From assembly GCF_003324675.1 (NCBI RefSeq), contig NZ_CP030918.1:1890001-1922000 (forward strand): a DNA stretch of 32,000 nucleotides, in the 5' to 3' direction. A model generated the notes under the pieces. That model did not search any database. It was not told the origin of the DNA and was given only the letters and a program-made list of their open reading frames with translations. Position 1 is the stretch's first letter, and every line of letters begins with the position of its first letter. The position numbers and the translations under genes are program-made. This document shows positions 16,520 to 26,575 of this stretch, piece by piece. This DNA comes from Paracoccus suum (GTDB taxonomy: Bacteria > Pseudomonadota > Alphaproteobacteria > Rhodobacterales > Rhodobacteraceae).

Positions 16520-18412
16520 ATGACCGGCATCCTGATGCTCGCCACCCTCTTTCTGGTCGCCGGAATCGTCGCCGTGCCGATCGCGACGCGCCTCGGCCTC
16601 GGGTCGGTGCCGGGCTACCTCGTGGCTGGGATGGCGATCTCGCCCCTGCTGACACTGCTGCGGGTCGATGTCTCTGCCATCCAGCATTTCGCCGAGTTCG
16701 GGGTCGTCATGATGCTGTTCCTCGTCGGCCTCGAGCTGGAGATCGACAAGCTTTGGGCCATGCGCGGACGCCTGATCGGGCTCGGCGGATTGCAGGTGGT
16801 GCTGACCGCGCTCGCCGCCGGCGGCGCGGGTGTGGCGCTGGGGTTGCCCTGGACCATCGCCTTGGCGCTTGGCATGGTCTTTGCCCTGTCCTCGACAGCA
16901 ATCGTCCTGCAGACGCTGACCGAAAAGGGCCTGTTGAAATGCGACGGCGGCGAGGCGTCGTTCGCGGTCCTGCTGTTCCAGGACATCGCCGTGATCCCGA
17001 TGCTGGCGCTGATGCCGCTGCTCGCGCGGCCGGGGCTAATGGACCCCGTCGCAACGCCCTCGCATGAGGCGGCCGCGGCGACCTTCAGCCTCGTCGACGG
17101 CCGGCCCGGTTGGCAGGTGGCGCTGATCACGCTCGCGGCGGTGGCGGCGGTGGTGTTCATCGGAAACCGCCTGACCCGGCCGCTGTTCCGCTTTGTCTCG
17201 ACCGCGCATCTGCGCGAGCTGTTCACCGCTACGGCGCTTGCGTTGGTCCTTGGGATTGCCACCCTGATGTCGCTGGTCGGACTGTCGCCGGCGCTGGGCA
17301 CCTTCATCGCCGGTGTCGTGCTGGCCAGCAGCGAATACCGCCACGAGCTGGAAAGCGACATCGTCCCGTTCCGGGGCCTGCTGCTGGGCCTGTTCTTCAT
17401 GACCGTCGGCGCAAACATCGATTTCGCGCTGCTGATCGACCGAGCGGCGACAGTCATCGGCCTCACGCTGGGCCTGATGGCGATCAAGGCGGCCGTGCTG
17501 TTGCTGCTCGCGCGGCTGTTCGGGGTCCGGGGCACCGACCGCTGGCTGTTCGCGCTGGGCCTCGCGCAGGCGGGCGAGTTCGGCTTTGTGCTGCTGTCCT
17601 TCACCACCGCCTCGCAGATTATTCCGCAGAGCATCGCCGACGTTGCCCTGCTGGTGGTGGCGCTGTCGATGCTGCTGACCCCGGCGCTGTTCATCCTCTA
17701 CGACCGGGTGATCGCGCCCATGGCGGGCGGCGACCAGAAACGCGAGGCGGACCAGATCGACGAGGCCAGCCCGATCATCATCGCCGGCCACGGCCGCTTC
17801 GGCGGCCTGGTCGCGCGCATGTTGCGCAGCATCGGCGAGCAGCCGGTGGTTGTCGATTACTCGTCGCGGCAGTTGGAGATGCTGAAGCTGTTTGGCATCA
17901 AAGCGTATTTCGGCGATGCCACCCGGCCGGACCTGCTGGAATCTGCCGGCATCGCCAATGCCAAGCTGCTGGTGGTCGCCATCGACGACGCCGCCCAGAT
18001 CACCGAGATCGTGCGCTATGTCGCCGCCACATATCCGAACGTCCACATTGTCGCGCGCGCGGTCGACCGCACGCATGTCTATGACCTCTACGAGGCCGGC
18101 GCCGAGGACATCATCCGCGAGACCTTTGACAGCGCCGTACGCAGCGGCCGGTCGGCTTATGAGGCGCTCGGGTTTACCCGCGCCGAGGCCGATGCCCTCG
18201 CCGCGCGCTTTGTCGAGGCCGACAAGACCCATCTGCGGCGCATGGCCGAAGCCTATCGCCGCGGTGTCGCCCCCGAGGATAACCCGGAGTTTGTGCGCCT
18301 GTCCCGCCAGCAATCGGCCCTGCTGGAGGCAGAGATGCTGCAGGGCCGGGCCGACGTCGATGCGAAGCGCGCGGCCCTGCCGGACGATCCGCCGCTGGTC
18401 GCCGAGGGCTAG
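16520..18412 (+). CDS. CPA2-family monovalent cation:proton antiporter with C-terminal RCK/TrkA-N domain (KefB/KefC-like K+ efflux)
   Basis: Distal 630 codons of track ORF 15899..18412. MTGILMLATLFLVAGIVAVPIATRLGLGSVPGYLVAGMAISP...FAEFGVVMMLFLVGLELE... gives about 12 TM segments. The Rossmann motif follows: IIIAGHGRFGGLVARML....PVVVDYS......LK.FG.KAYFGDATRPDLLESAGI..AKLLVVAID. The upstream part of the ORF overlaps frcR out of frame. Confidence 0.9.
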   Translation: MTGILMLATLFLVAGIVAVPIATRLGLGSVPGYLVAGMAISPLLTLLRVDVSAIQHFAEFGVVMMLFLVGLELEIDKLWAMRGRLIGLGGLQVVLTALAAGGAGVALGLPWTIALALGMVFALSSTAIVLQTLTEKGLLKCDGGEASFAVLLFQDIAVIPMLALMPLLARPGLMDPVATPSHEAAAATFSLVDGRPGWQVALITLAAVAAVVFIGNRLTRPLFRFVSTAHLRELFTATALALVLGIATLMSLVGLSPALGTFIAGVVLASSEYRHELESDIVPFRGLLLGLFFMTVGANIDFALLIDRAATVIGLTLGLMAIKAAVLLLLARLFGVRGTDRWLFALGLAQAGEFGFVLLSFTTASQIIPQSIADVALLVVALSMLLTPALFILYDRVIAPMAGGDQKREADQIDEASPIIIAGHGRFGGLVARMLRSIGEQPVVVDYSSRQLEMLKLFGIKAYFGDATRPDLLESAGIANAKLLVVAIDDAAQITEIVRYVAATYPNVHIVARAVDRTHVYDLYEAGAEDIIRETFDSAVRSGRSAYEALGFTRAEADALAARFVEADKTHLRRMAEAYRRGVAPEDNPEFVRLSRQQSALLEAEMLQGRADVDAKRAALPDDPPLVAEG

Positions 18413-18415
18413 GGC

Positions 18416-19432
18416 CTAGCGCCAGCCCAGCGCCGGCGCGACATGGTGCAGGATGCTGGAAAGCACATGGACGTTGTAATCGACGCCTAGCATGTTCGGC
18501 ACCGTCAGCAGCAGGGTGTCTGCCTCGGCGATGCCTTCGTCCTCGCGCAGTTGCTCGATCAGCCGGTCGGGGGTGTCGGCGTAGCCGCGGCCGAACACCG
18601 CCCGCATTTCGTCGATGATGCCGACCTGATCGCTTTCCTTGCCGCGCCCGAAATACATCCGGTCGCGGTCGTCCATCAGCGCAAAGATCGACCGGCTGAC
18701 CGATACCCGCGGCTTTCGGGCGTGGCCGGCCTTTGCCCATGCGTCGCGAAAGGCCCGGATCTGTCTGGCCTGCTGGATGTGGAACGGCTCGCCCGTCTCG
18801 TCCTGCTTGAGGGTCGAGCTTTGCAGGTTCATCCCCATCTCAGCCGCCCAGACCGCCGTCGCATCCGATGCCGCGCCCCACCAGATACGATCGCGCAGCC
18901 CCTCGGAATGCGGCTCGAGACGCAGCAGGCCCGGCGGGTTCGGGAACATCGGCCGCGGGCTGGGCTTGGCAAAGCCTCGCCCCTCCAGCAGGTCCAGAAA
19001 GACAAGCGCATGGCGCCGCGCCATGTCGGCGTGATCCTCGCCCTCGGCCGGTTGAAAACCGAAGTGCCGCCAGCCATCGACCACCTGCTCGGGCGAGCCG
19101 CGGCTGATCCCAAGCTGCAAGCGTCCGCCCGAGATCAGGTCCGCCGCGCCCGCATCCTCGACCATGTACATCGGATTCTCGTAGCGCATGTCGATGACGC
19201 CGGTGCCGATCTCGATCCGCGAGGTCCGCGCACCCACTGCCGCCAGCAGCGGAAAGGGCGAGGCCAGCTGCCGGGCAAAGTGGTGGACGCGGAAATAAGC
19301 GCCGTCAACGCCCAGCTTTTCAGCCTCGACCGCCAGCTCGATGGACTGGGTCAGTACATCTCGGGCCGAGCGGACGGCCGAGCCGGGCTCGTCCGACCAG
19401 TGACCGAAGGAGAGAAAGCCGATGGTCTTCAT
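18416..19432 (-). CDS. LLM-class (luciferase-like) flavin-dependent oxidoreductase
   Basis: MKTIGFLSFGHW...ELAVEAEKLGVDGAYFRVHHF...LAAVGARTSRIEIGTGVIDMRYENP..MVEDAGAADLISGGRLQLGISRG matches the LLM TIM-barrel pattern. The ATG at 19432 is preceded by GGGAG on the minus strand. Confidence 0.85.
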   Translation of the reverse strand: MKTIGFLSFGHWSDEPGSAVRSARDVLTQSIELAVEAEKLGVDGAYFRVHHFARQLASPFPLLAAVGARTSRIEIGTGVIDMRYENPMYMVEDAGAADLISGGRLQLGISRGSPEQVVDGWRHFGFQPAEGEDHADMARRHALVFLDLLEGRGFAKPSPRPMFPNPPGLLRLEPHSEGLRDRIWWGAASDATAVWAAEMGMNLQSSTLKQDETGEPFHIQQARQIRAFRDAWAKAGHARKPRVSVSRSIFALMDDRDRMYFGRGKESDQVGIIDEMRAVFGRGYADTPDRLIEQLREDEGIAEADTLLLTVPNMLGVDYNVHVLSSILHHVAPALGWR

Positions 19433-19780
19433 AAGGGGACTCCCAGGAGGCAACGCGTGTTGCTTTGGCGTGGATGTAGGGATTGGGGGAGGGCGCGCGC
19501 AACCGCCAGGGGTCTGCGCGTGGCATCAATGCGGCTAGCTCACGCTTGCGTTCAAGGCTGGTGAACCTGGCAAGCGCGCCGACGACTTCGACGCTCGTGA
19601 CGCGCAACGTGGCGCGAGGCGGCTGGCCCCGCAAAGGGTGCCTTTCGCCCGCCGCACTTGCGCAAGCTGTCGAGGCGGCGAGGCGAGGCAGTCAGAACCT
19701 TGGTTTACCAGGCGCCTGAACCTAATCTGGCTTGCTTGTAACCCCTATGAATCGAGCGAGGATTGGGCCTCAGATTCCCA

Positions 19781-21340
<1,560 letters not shown>

Positions 21341-21467
21341 GCTGGCGCTTTAGTCAGCCGGCGTCGTGACGACAAGGGGCGATGCTGCCGGCTTTGCGGC
21401 GCAATCCGCTTGCTGGACTGACTGCAACATGGTCATGACTGTGTCAGATAATTTTAATGAGTGTTTT

Positions 21468-22520
21468 ATGACGGCCGCGCAGACCTCGTATCGAAACCTC
21501 GATAATTGGTCGAAGCTGGCGCAATTCACCCATGCCGATGTCAGCGCCCTGCAAAAGGCGGAACTGACGATCGGCCTGCACACCGTCGACTTTGAGGGCA
21601 CGCCGATTGATCTGCTGATCGTGCCCCGCCCGGGACAGCCTATGCTGGTGACGTTTACTGGCAATAAGCCGCGCGGCCCGACGGCGCACCCACCATTCTT
21701 TTCGGGCGTCGGTGTGACGCCGCCTGATCGCAAGGTCTCCTTTGTCAGCATCGCCGACCCTGTGCTGGCGGAAAGCGATTGCCTTACGCTGGGTTGGTAT
21801 GCCGGCAGTCGCGCGGTCAGGGCGCAGGAGGCCGTGCAGCGCGTGATCGAAGCGCTGCGGATGAATCTGCGCCCTTCGCGTATCCTGTTCTTTGGCGGGT
21901 CAGGCGGTGGTTTCGCGGGGTTGCAGGCCGCATATCACACGCCCGGCAGCGGGGCGTTGGTATGGAACCCGCAGACCGATATTTGCGAATATGATGATGC
22001 TTTTGTCATCGAATACGCCCGCCGCGCATGGGACGAGCAAGTTCGCGACCTTTCCTCGGCACGCGAGGTGATCCGCCAGAATGCGCCTGCGGTCTTGCCG
22101 GACACATTCGCTTTCCGCGGCAGCCGGGTGCTGTATCTGCAAAACAGCAGGGACTGGCACGTTCAGCGCCACATGCAGCCGTTCCTAAAGCGTAACAGCT
22201 TTCTGGTGCCAGGCGGGGACTACACGGGTCGCGTCGGGCAGGGGTGCTATCTGCACCTCGCCGATTGGGGCGAGGGCCACGCCCCTGTGCCCAAACATGC
22301 GCTGACCGCGATGCTCCGCTCGCTGCTCGACCCGAAAGGGCCGTTCTGGCGGGACGATGACGGCGCCATCGCCAGCATGATCGAGCAGACGTTCATCGAG
22401 CCGGTGGACCCGCCCGAGCCGCCCCCGCCTCCCCCGCCGGTGTCGAACATGCGGCTCCTGCTGAGGCTTGCGCGGCGGGGCGCAGGTCGGGTGCGACGCC
22501 GCCTAGCGCTCGGGCACTAG
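21468..22520 (+). CDS. Hypothetical protein, alpha/beta-hydrolase-like (candidate Ser-Asp-His esterase), with poly-Pro tract and Arg-rich C-terminal tail
   Basis: Track ORF 21366..22520. Third-position G+C becomes coding-like only from the ATG at 21468 (MTAAQTSY); the ATG at 21429 is the alternative. Nucleophile-elbow-like ILFFGGSGGGFAGL (G-x-S-x-G), with later NSRDWH and GEGHAP as possible Asp/His. Ends ...PPEPPPPPPPVSNMRLLLRLARRGAGRVRRRLALGH. Function is not assignable by eye. Confidence 0.6.
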   Translation: MTAAQTSYRNLDNWSKLAQFTHADVSALQKAELTIGLHTVDFEGTPIDLLIVPRPGQPMLVTFTGNKPRGPTAHPPFFSGVGVTPPDRKVSFVSIADPVLAESDCLTLGWYAGSRAVRAQEAVQRVIEALRMNLRPSRILFFGGSGGGFAGLQAAYHTPGSGALVWNPQTDICEYDDAFVIEYARRAWDEQVRDLSSAREVIRQNAPAVLPDTFAFRGSRVLYLQNSRDWHVQRHMQPFLKRNSFLVPGGDYTGRVGQGCYLHLADWGEGHAPVPKHALTAMLRSLLDPKGPFWRDDDGAIASMIEQTFIEPVDPPEPPPPPPPVSNMRLLLRLARRGAGRVRRRLALGH

Positions 22521-23840
22521 CCCGCGGGGGGCGAAGCGCAACACCAGCAGCAGCACGAGGCCCATGGCGATGAAGCGCATATGTGCTGCCGAGCCGAGCA
22601 GGTGCGCCTTCACCGCGCCGGCCGGCAGCGGCATTGTCAGGAAAGCCATCAGCTGCGGGCCCCAGACCTCGACCTTGATCCACAGGAACCAGATCAGCAG
22701 CGCGCCCAGCACGGTGCCCCAGTTGTTGCCAGAGCCGCCGACGATCACCATCACCCAAATCAGGAATGTATAGCGCAGCGGGTTGAACGAGGTGGGGTTA
22801 AGCAGCCCGTCACTTGTCACCATCATCGCGCCCGAGAGGCCGATCACGGCGCAGCCGAGGACAAACACTTGCAGGTGACGGGCGGTTACGTTCTTGCCCA
22901 TGGCGCCGGCCGCGACCTCGTTGTCGCGGATGGCGCGCATCATCCGGCCCCAGGGGCTGTTCAGCGCCAGTTCCGCCAGCAGCACCAGTGACAGCAGCAC
23001 CGCAGTGAACAGCGAAGTGTAGCCCAGCTTGACCCAGATGCCAGCAGCTTCGGCCACGGGCAGGCCGACGCGGGCAGCCTCGGCCGCGAACTCGGCATTG
23101 GATTGCAGGTCCAACTCGTAGGGGACGGGGCGGGGAATGCCGGTCATGTTCTTGACGCCGCGCGCCAGCCAGTCCTCGTTCTTGAGGACGGCGACGATGA
23201 TCTCGCCGATGCCGAGGGTGGCGATGGCGAGGTAATCGCTGCGCAGGCCCAGCGCGACCTTGCCCACCGCCCAGGCGGCCACGGCGGCCAGCAGCCCGCC
23301 GACCGGCCAGCTGAGCAGGACCGGCAAGCCGAGGCCGCCGATGTTGCCGGCGCGCGCGGCGTTGTTCGCCTCGATCGCCATGACCGCGGGATCGAACAGC
23401 CAGCGGAAGGCAAAGAACCCGGCGAGCAGGATCAGTGCCACGGCGATCCCGCGGCGGGCGCCGGCGCGGCGCCAGAGCCAAGTGGCGAGGGCCAGCACCG
23501 CAAGGCCCATCAGCATCGCCGCCAGCATCCGTGCCCCGCCGGCAGACCAGGCGCCGGGCACGGGCTGGGTCGAGATCAGCACCGGGGCCAGCCCGCCTAG
23601 CGCCAGAAAGCCGACCACACCGGCGTTGAAGAGGCCGGCATAGCCCCAGATGATGTTCACCCCCAGCGCCGTGATGGCCGAGATGATGCCCATGTTCAAA
23701 ATCCCCAGCGCCGTGTTCCAAGAGCCGGAGAAGAGCGCGTTGCGGGTCGTCCCCTCGAGGATCACGAGCGCGACGATGACGCAGAACAGTGCGGGTGCGC
23801 GCCACGGGCTGGCCTGACCGGCCTGACGATTGCTGGACAT
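22503..23840 (-). CDS. livM: Branched-chain amino-acid ABC transporter permease (LivM-like)
   Basis: 445 aa and multi-TM. The G.AGLFNAGVVGF.ALG and SLFTAVLLSL regions, and its position after a LivH-like permease, fit LivM. Confidence 0.88.
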   Translation of the reverse strand: MSSNRQAGQASPWRAPALFCVIVALVILEGTTRNALFSGSWNTALGILNMGIISAITALGVNIIWGYAGLFNAGVVGFLALGGLAPVLISTQPVPGAWSAGGARMLAAMLMGLAVLALATWLWRRAGARRGIAVALILLAGFFAFRWLFDPAVMAIEANNAARAGNIGGLGLPVLLSWPVGGLLAAVAAWAVGKVALGLRSDYLAIATLGIGEIIVAVLKNEDWLARGVKNMTGIPRPVPYELDLQSNAEFAAEAARVGLPVAEAAGIWVKLGYTSLFTAVLLSLVLLAELALNSPWGRMMRAIRDNEVAAGAMGKNVTARHLQVFVLGCAVIGLSGAMMVTSDGLLNPTSFNPLRYTFLIWVMVIVGGSGNNWGTVLGALLIWFLWIKVEVWGPQLMAFLTMPLPAGAVKAHLLGSAAHMRFIAMGLVLLLVLRFAPRGLVPER

Positions 23841-23852
23841 GACGGCGCCCCC

Positions 23853-24854
23853 TTAGACAGACTTGCCGCGGAACAGGCCGGTTGGCCGGAACAGCAGCAC
23901 CACGATCAGAATGACAAAGCTGACGGCGAACTTGTATTCGGTGGACAGCAGTTGCAGCAGGCCCTCGGGCTGAAAGCCGAAGTAGGTCGCGACCTTTTTC
24001 CAAGGGTAGGTGACCGCGACCTCGCTGAAGGCGACAACAAAGCCGCCGGCGATGGCGCCCTGCGGACTGCCGAGGCCGCCGACGATGGCAGCGGCAAAGA
24101 TCGGCAGCAGGATCTGGAAATAGTTGAACGCCTTGAACGCCTTGTCGAGGCCGTAGAGCGTGCCGGCAAGGGTCGCCAGCGCCGCGGCGATGATCCAGGT
24201 CAGGCGAACCACGCGCTCGGGGTCGATTCCCGACAGCAGGGCCAGATCCTCGTTGTCGGAATAGGCGCGCATCGCCTTGCCCGACCGCGTGCGGTTCAGG
24301 AACCAGAACAGCCAGACCATCACCGCAAAGGCCGTCACCAGCGTGATGACCTGGGTGCCACGCAGCGACAGCCCCTCGTCAAGGCCGGACCAGCGCTTGA
24401 AATCCCCGGCGCTGATGATGAAACGCGCGCCGTCGTCAAACCGAATCTCGTCGACACCGATCAGCAGGCGCGTCAGGCCGTTCATGATGAACATGATCCC
24501 GACAGAGGCCATGACCATGATGATGGGGGCGGCCTTCTTGCGGCGGTAGAAGCGATAGACCGCGCGGTCGGTCAGCAACACCAGCGCTGCAGTGAACGCG
24601 ATCGCGACAGGCAGCGCCAGCAGGGCGGTCGGAAGCGGGGTCAGCGTCACGCCGAGGGCCTGCAGCCCCCAGGTCAGCAGGATGGTGACCGCGGTGCCAA
24701 AGGCCATGGTGTCGCCATGGGCAAAGTTCGAGAACCGCAGGATGCCATAGACCAGCGTCACCCCCAGCGCGCCCAGCGCAAGCTGCGCGCCGTAGGCCGC
24801 AGCGGGGATGATGACGAAGTTGAGGATTGCCACCAGGGCGTTCAGGATGTCCAT
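23853..24854 (-). CDS. livH: Branched-chain amino-acid ABC transporter permease (LivH-like)
   Basis: 333 aa: MDILNALVAILNFVIIPAAAYGAQLALGALGVTLVYGILRFSNFAHGD (LivH N-terminal pattern L.LVYG......NFAHG), followed by multiple TM segments. Confidence 0.9.
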   Translation of the reverse strand: MDILNALVAILNFVIIPAAAYGAQLALGALGVTLVYGILRFSNFAHGDTMAFGTAVTILLTWGLQALGVTLTPLPTALLALPVAIAFTAALVLLTDRAVYRFYRRKKAAPIIMVMASVGIMFIMNGLTRLLIGVDEIRFDDGARFIISAGDFKRWSGLDEGLSLRGTQVITLVTAFAVMVWLFWFLNRTRSGKAMRAYSDNEDLALLSGIDPERVVRLTWIIAAALATLAGTLYGLDKAFKAFNYFQILLPIFAAAIVGGLGSPQGAIAGGFVVAFSEVAVTYPWKKVATYFGFQPEGLLQLLSTEYKFAVSFVILIVVLLFRPTGLFRGKSV

Positions 24855-24857
24855 GGC

Positions 24858-25688
24858 TTAGCCCCCAAGGAAGGTGCGGCGCACGTCGGGGTCGGCCAGC
24901 AGCTCGGCCCCGGTGCCGGTGTAACGGTTCGCGCCCTGCACCAGGACATAGCCGATGTCCGCAATTTCAAGGGCTTGTCGGGCGTTCTGTTCCACCATCA
25001 GGATGCTGATGCCAGTCCGGGCAATCTCGATAATGCGGTCAAACAACTCGTCCATGACAATGGGCGAGACGCCCGCCGTCGGCTCGTCCAGCATCAGCAG
25101 TTGCGGGCCGGTCATCAGCGCGCGGCCGACCGCGACCTGCTGGCGCTGCCCGCCGGACAGCTCGCCCGCCGCCTGCCGCCGCTTTTCGGCCACAGCCGGG
25201 AACAGGGTGTAGACCTGGTCCATGGCCGTCCGGATGCGGGCCGGAGCGGTGTGGATATAGGCCCCCATCTCGAGGTTTTCCTCGACCGACATCGAGGGGA
25301 AAATGTTGTGGGTCTGGGGCACGAAGCCCATGCCGGCATGGACCCGGTCCTGGGGGGTCAGAGCAGTGATGTCCTGTCCGCCGAGGCGCACGCTGCCCTC
25401 ACGCAGGGGCAGCATGCCGAACACCGCCTTCATCGCCGTCGACTTTCCGGCGCCGTTGGGTCCGACGATGACCGCGATCTGGCCGCGATCGACCGCAAGA
25501 GTGCAGCCATGCAGGATGTCGGCCTTGCTGTAGCCGCCGCGCATGTCCTCGCCGATGAGGAAGGGATCGCCGGGCTTGCCGGGCAGCACCGGACCGCTGC
25601 GGGCAGCGCCGGTCATTGTCCCGGTGCCACGGCTGTTCACCAGCGAGGCATCGCGCGCGCCCCGGCCACCGAACGCATCGCTGCTCAT
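24858..25688 (-). CDS. livF: Branched-chain amino-acid ABC transporter ATP-binding protein (LivF-like) with N-terminal extension
   Basis: Walker A GPNGAGKST, signature LSGGQRQ, Walker B LLMLDEPTAGVSP, then MVEQNA. The ATG at 25688 makes an ATGA overlap with the livG stop, and codons 25616-25688 show strong G/C third positions. The ATG at 25616 is the alternative. The track ORF start at 25820 overlaps livG. Confidence 0.87.
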   Translation of the reverse strand: MSSDAFGGRGARDASLVNSRGTGTMTGAARSGPVLPGKPGDPFLIGEDMRGGYSKADILHGCTLAVDRGQIAVIVGPNGAGKSTAMKAVFGMLPLREGSVRLGGQDITALTPQDRVHAGMGFVPQTHNIFPSMSVEENLEMGAYIHTAPARIRTAMDQVYTLFPAVAEKRRQAAGELSGGQRQQVAVGRALMTGPQLLMLDEPTAGVSPIVMDELFDRIIEIARTGISILMVEQNARQALEIADIGYVLVQGANRYTGTGAELLADPDVRRTFLGG

Positions 25689-26467
25689 GCCACGCCCGCC
25701 CCCTTGTTCTTGAGGCCGCGGCCCAGATAGGCCTCGATCACGGCCTCGTTCTGCATGATTGCGTCGGCCGGCCCTTCGGCCAGCACGCGCCCCTCGGCCA
25801 TCACCACGACCGGGTCGCAAAGGCGGCCGATGAAATCCATGTCATGCTCGATCACGCAAAAGGTGTAGCCCCGCTCGCGGTTAAGGCGGGTAATCGCCTC
25901 GCCGATGGTGCCAAGGAGGGTGCGGTTCACGCCGGCCCCAACCTCGTCGAGGAACACGACCTTGGCGTCGACCATCATGGTCCGGCCCAGTTCCAGCAGC
26001 TTTTTCTGGCCGCCTGACAGGTTGCCGGCCTTTTCATGGGTCAGGTGGCGGATGGTCAGGAAGTCGAGAACGTCGTTCGCACGGGCCCGCAATTCGGCCT
26101 CCTGCGCGGCGACGCGGCCGCGGCCCAGCCATGCGCCCATCAGCCCCTCGCCGATCTGCCCGCCCGGGACCATCATCAGGTTGTCCCGCACGCTCATCGA
26201 GGCGAATTCATGCGCCAACTGGAAGGTCCGCAGCAGCCCCTTGTGGAACAACTCATGCGGCGGCAGGCCGGTGATATCCTCGCCATCCATCGTCACGCGG
26301 CCCGAGGTGGGCGCAAGAACCCCGGCGATGACGTTGAAAAGCGTTGATTTTCCGGCGCCATTTGGGCCGATCAGCCCGGTGATCGAGCCGGTCTCGATGG
26401 CGAGGCTGGCGCCGTCCACGGCACGAAATCCGCCGAAATGCTTGTGCAGGTCGTCGACCCGGATCAT
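25685..26467 (-). CDS. livG: Branched-chain amino-acid ABC transporter ATP-binding protein (LivG-like)
   Basis: MIRVDDLHKHFGGFRAVDGASL, Walker A GPNGAGKSTLFN, RTFQ, signature LSGGQKKLLELGR, Walker B VVFLDEVGAGVN, then IEHDM. Confidence 0.92.
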   Translation of the reverse strand: MIRVDDLHKHFGGFRAVDGASLAIETGSITGLIGPNGAGKSTLFNVIAGVLAPTSGRVTMDGEDITGLPPHELFHKGLLRTFQLAHEFASMSVRDNLMMVPGGQIGEGLMGAWLGRGRVAAQEAELRARANDVLDFLTIRHLTHEKAGNLSGGQKKLLELGRTMMVDAKVVFLDEVGAGVNRTLLGTIGEAITRLNRERGYTFCVIEHDMDFIGRLCDPVVVMAEGRVLAEGPADAIMQNEAVIEAYLGRGLKNKGAGVA

Positions 26468-26528
26468 GTAAATTTCCCCTGTTCGCCGCCAGCCTCTTGG
26501 CAGATGGGCCGGTCAGCGGGTAGCAATC

Positions 26529-26555
26529 GGCCCGGCGCGCCATGCGCACCGGGCC
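26529..26555 (-). other. Long GC-rich stem-loop in the SBP-livG intercistronic spacer
   Basis: GGCCCGG-c-GCGC-cat-GCGC-a-CCGGGCC gives 11 paired positions with one C/A mismatch. It lies 21 nt 3' of the SBP stop (26576-26578), and no T-tract follows. An overlapping alternative stem GGGCCG...CGGCCC spans 26502-26533. Confidence 0.45.
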
Positions 26556-26575
26556 TTGGATTATGGGCGATCAGG

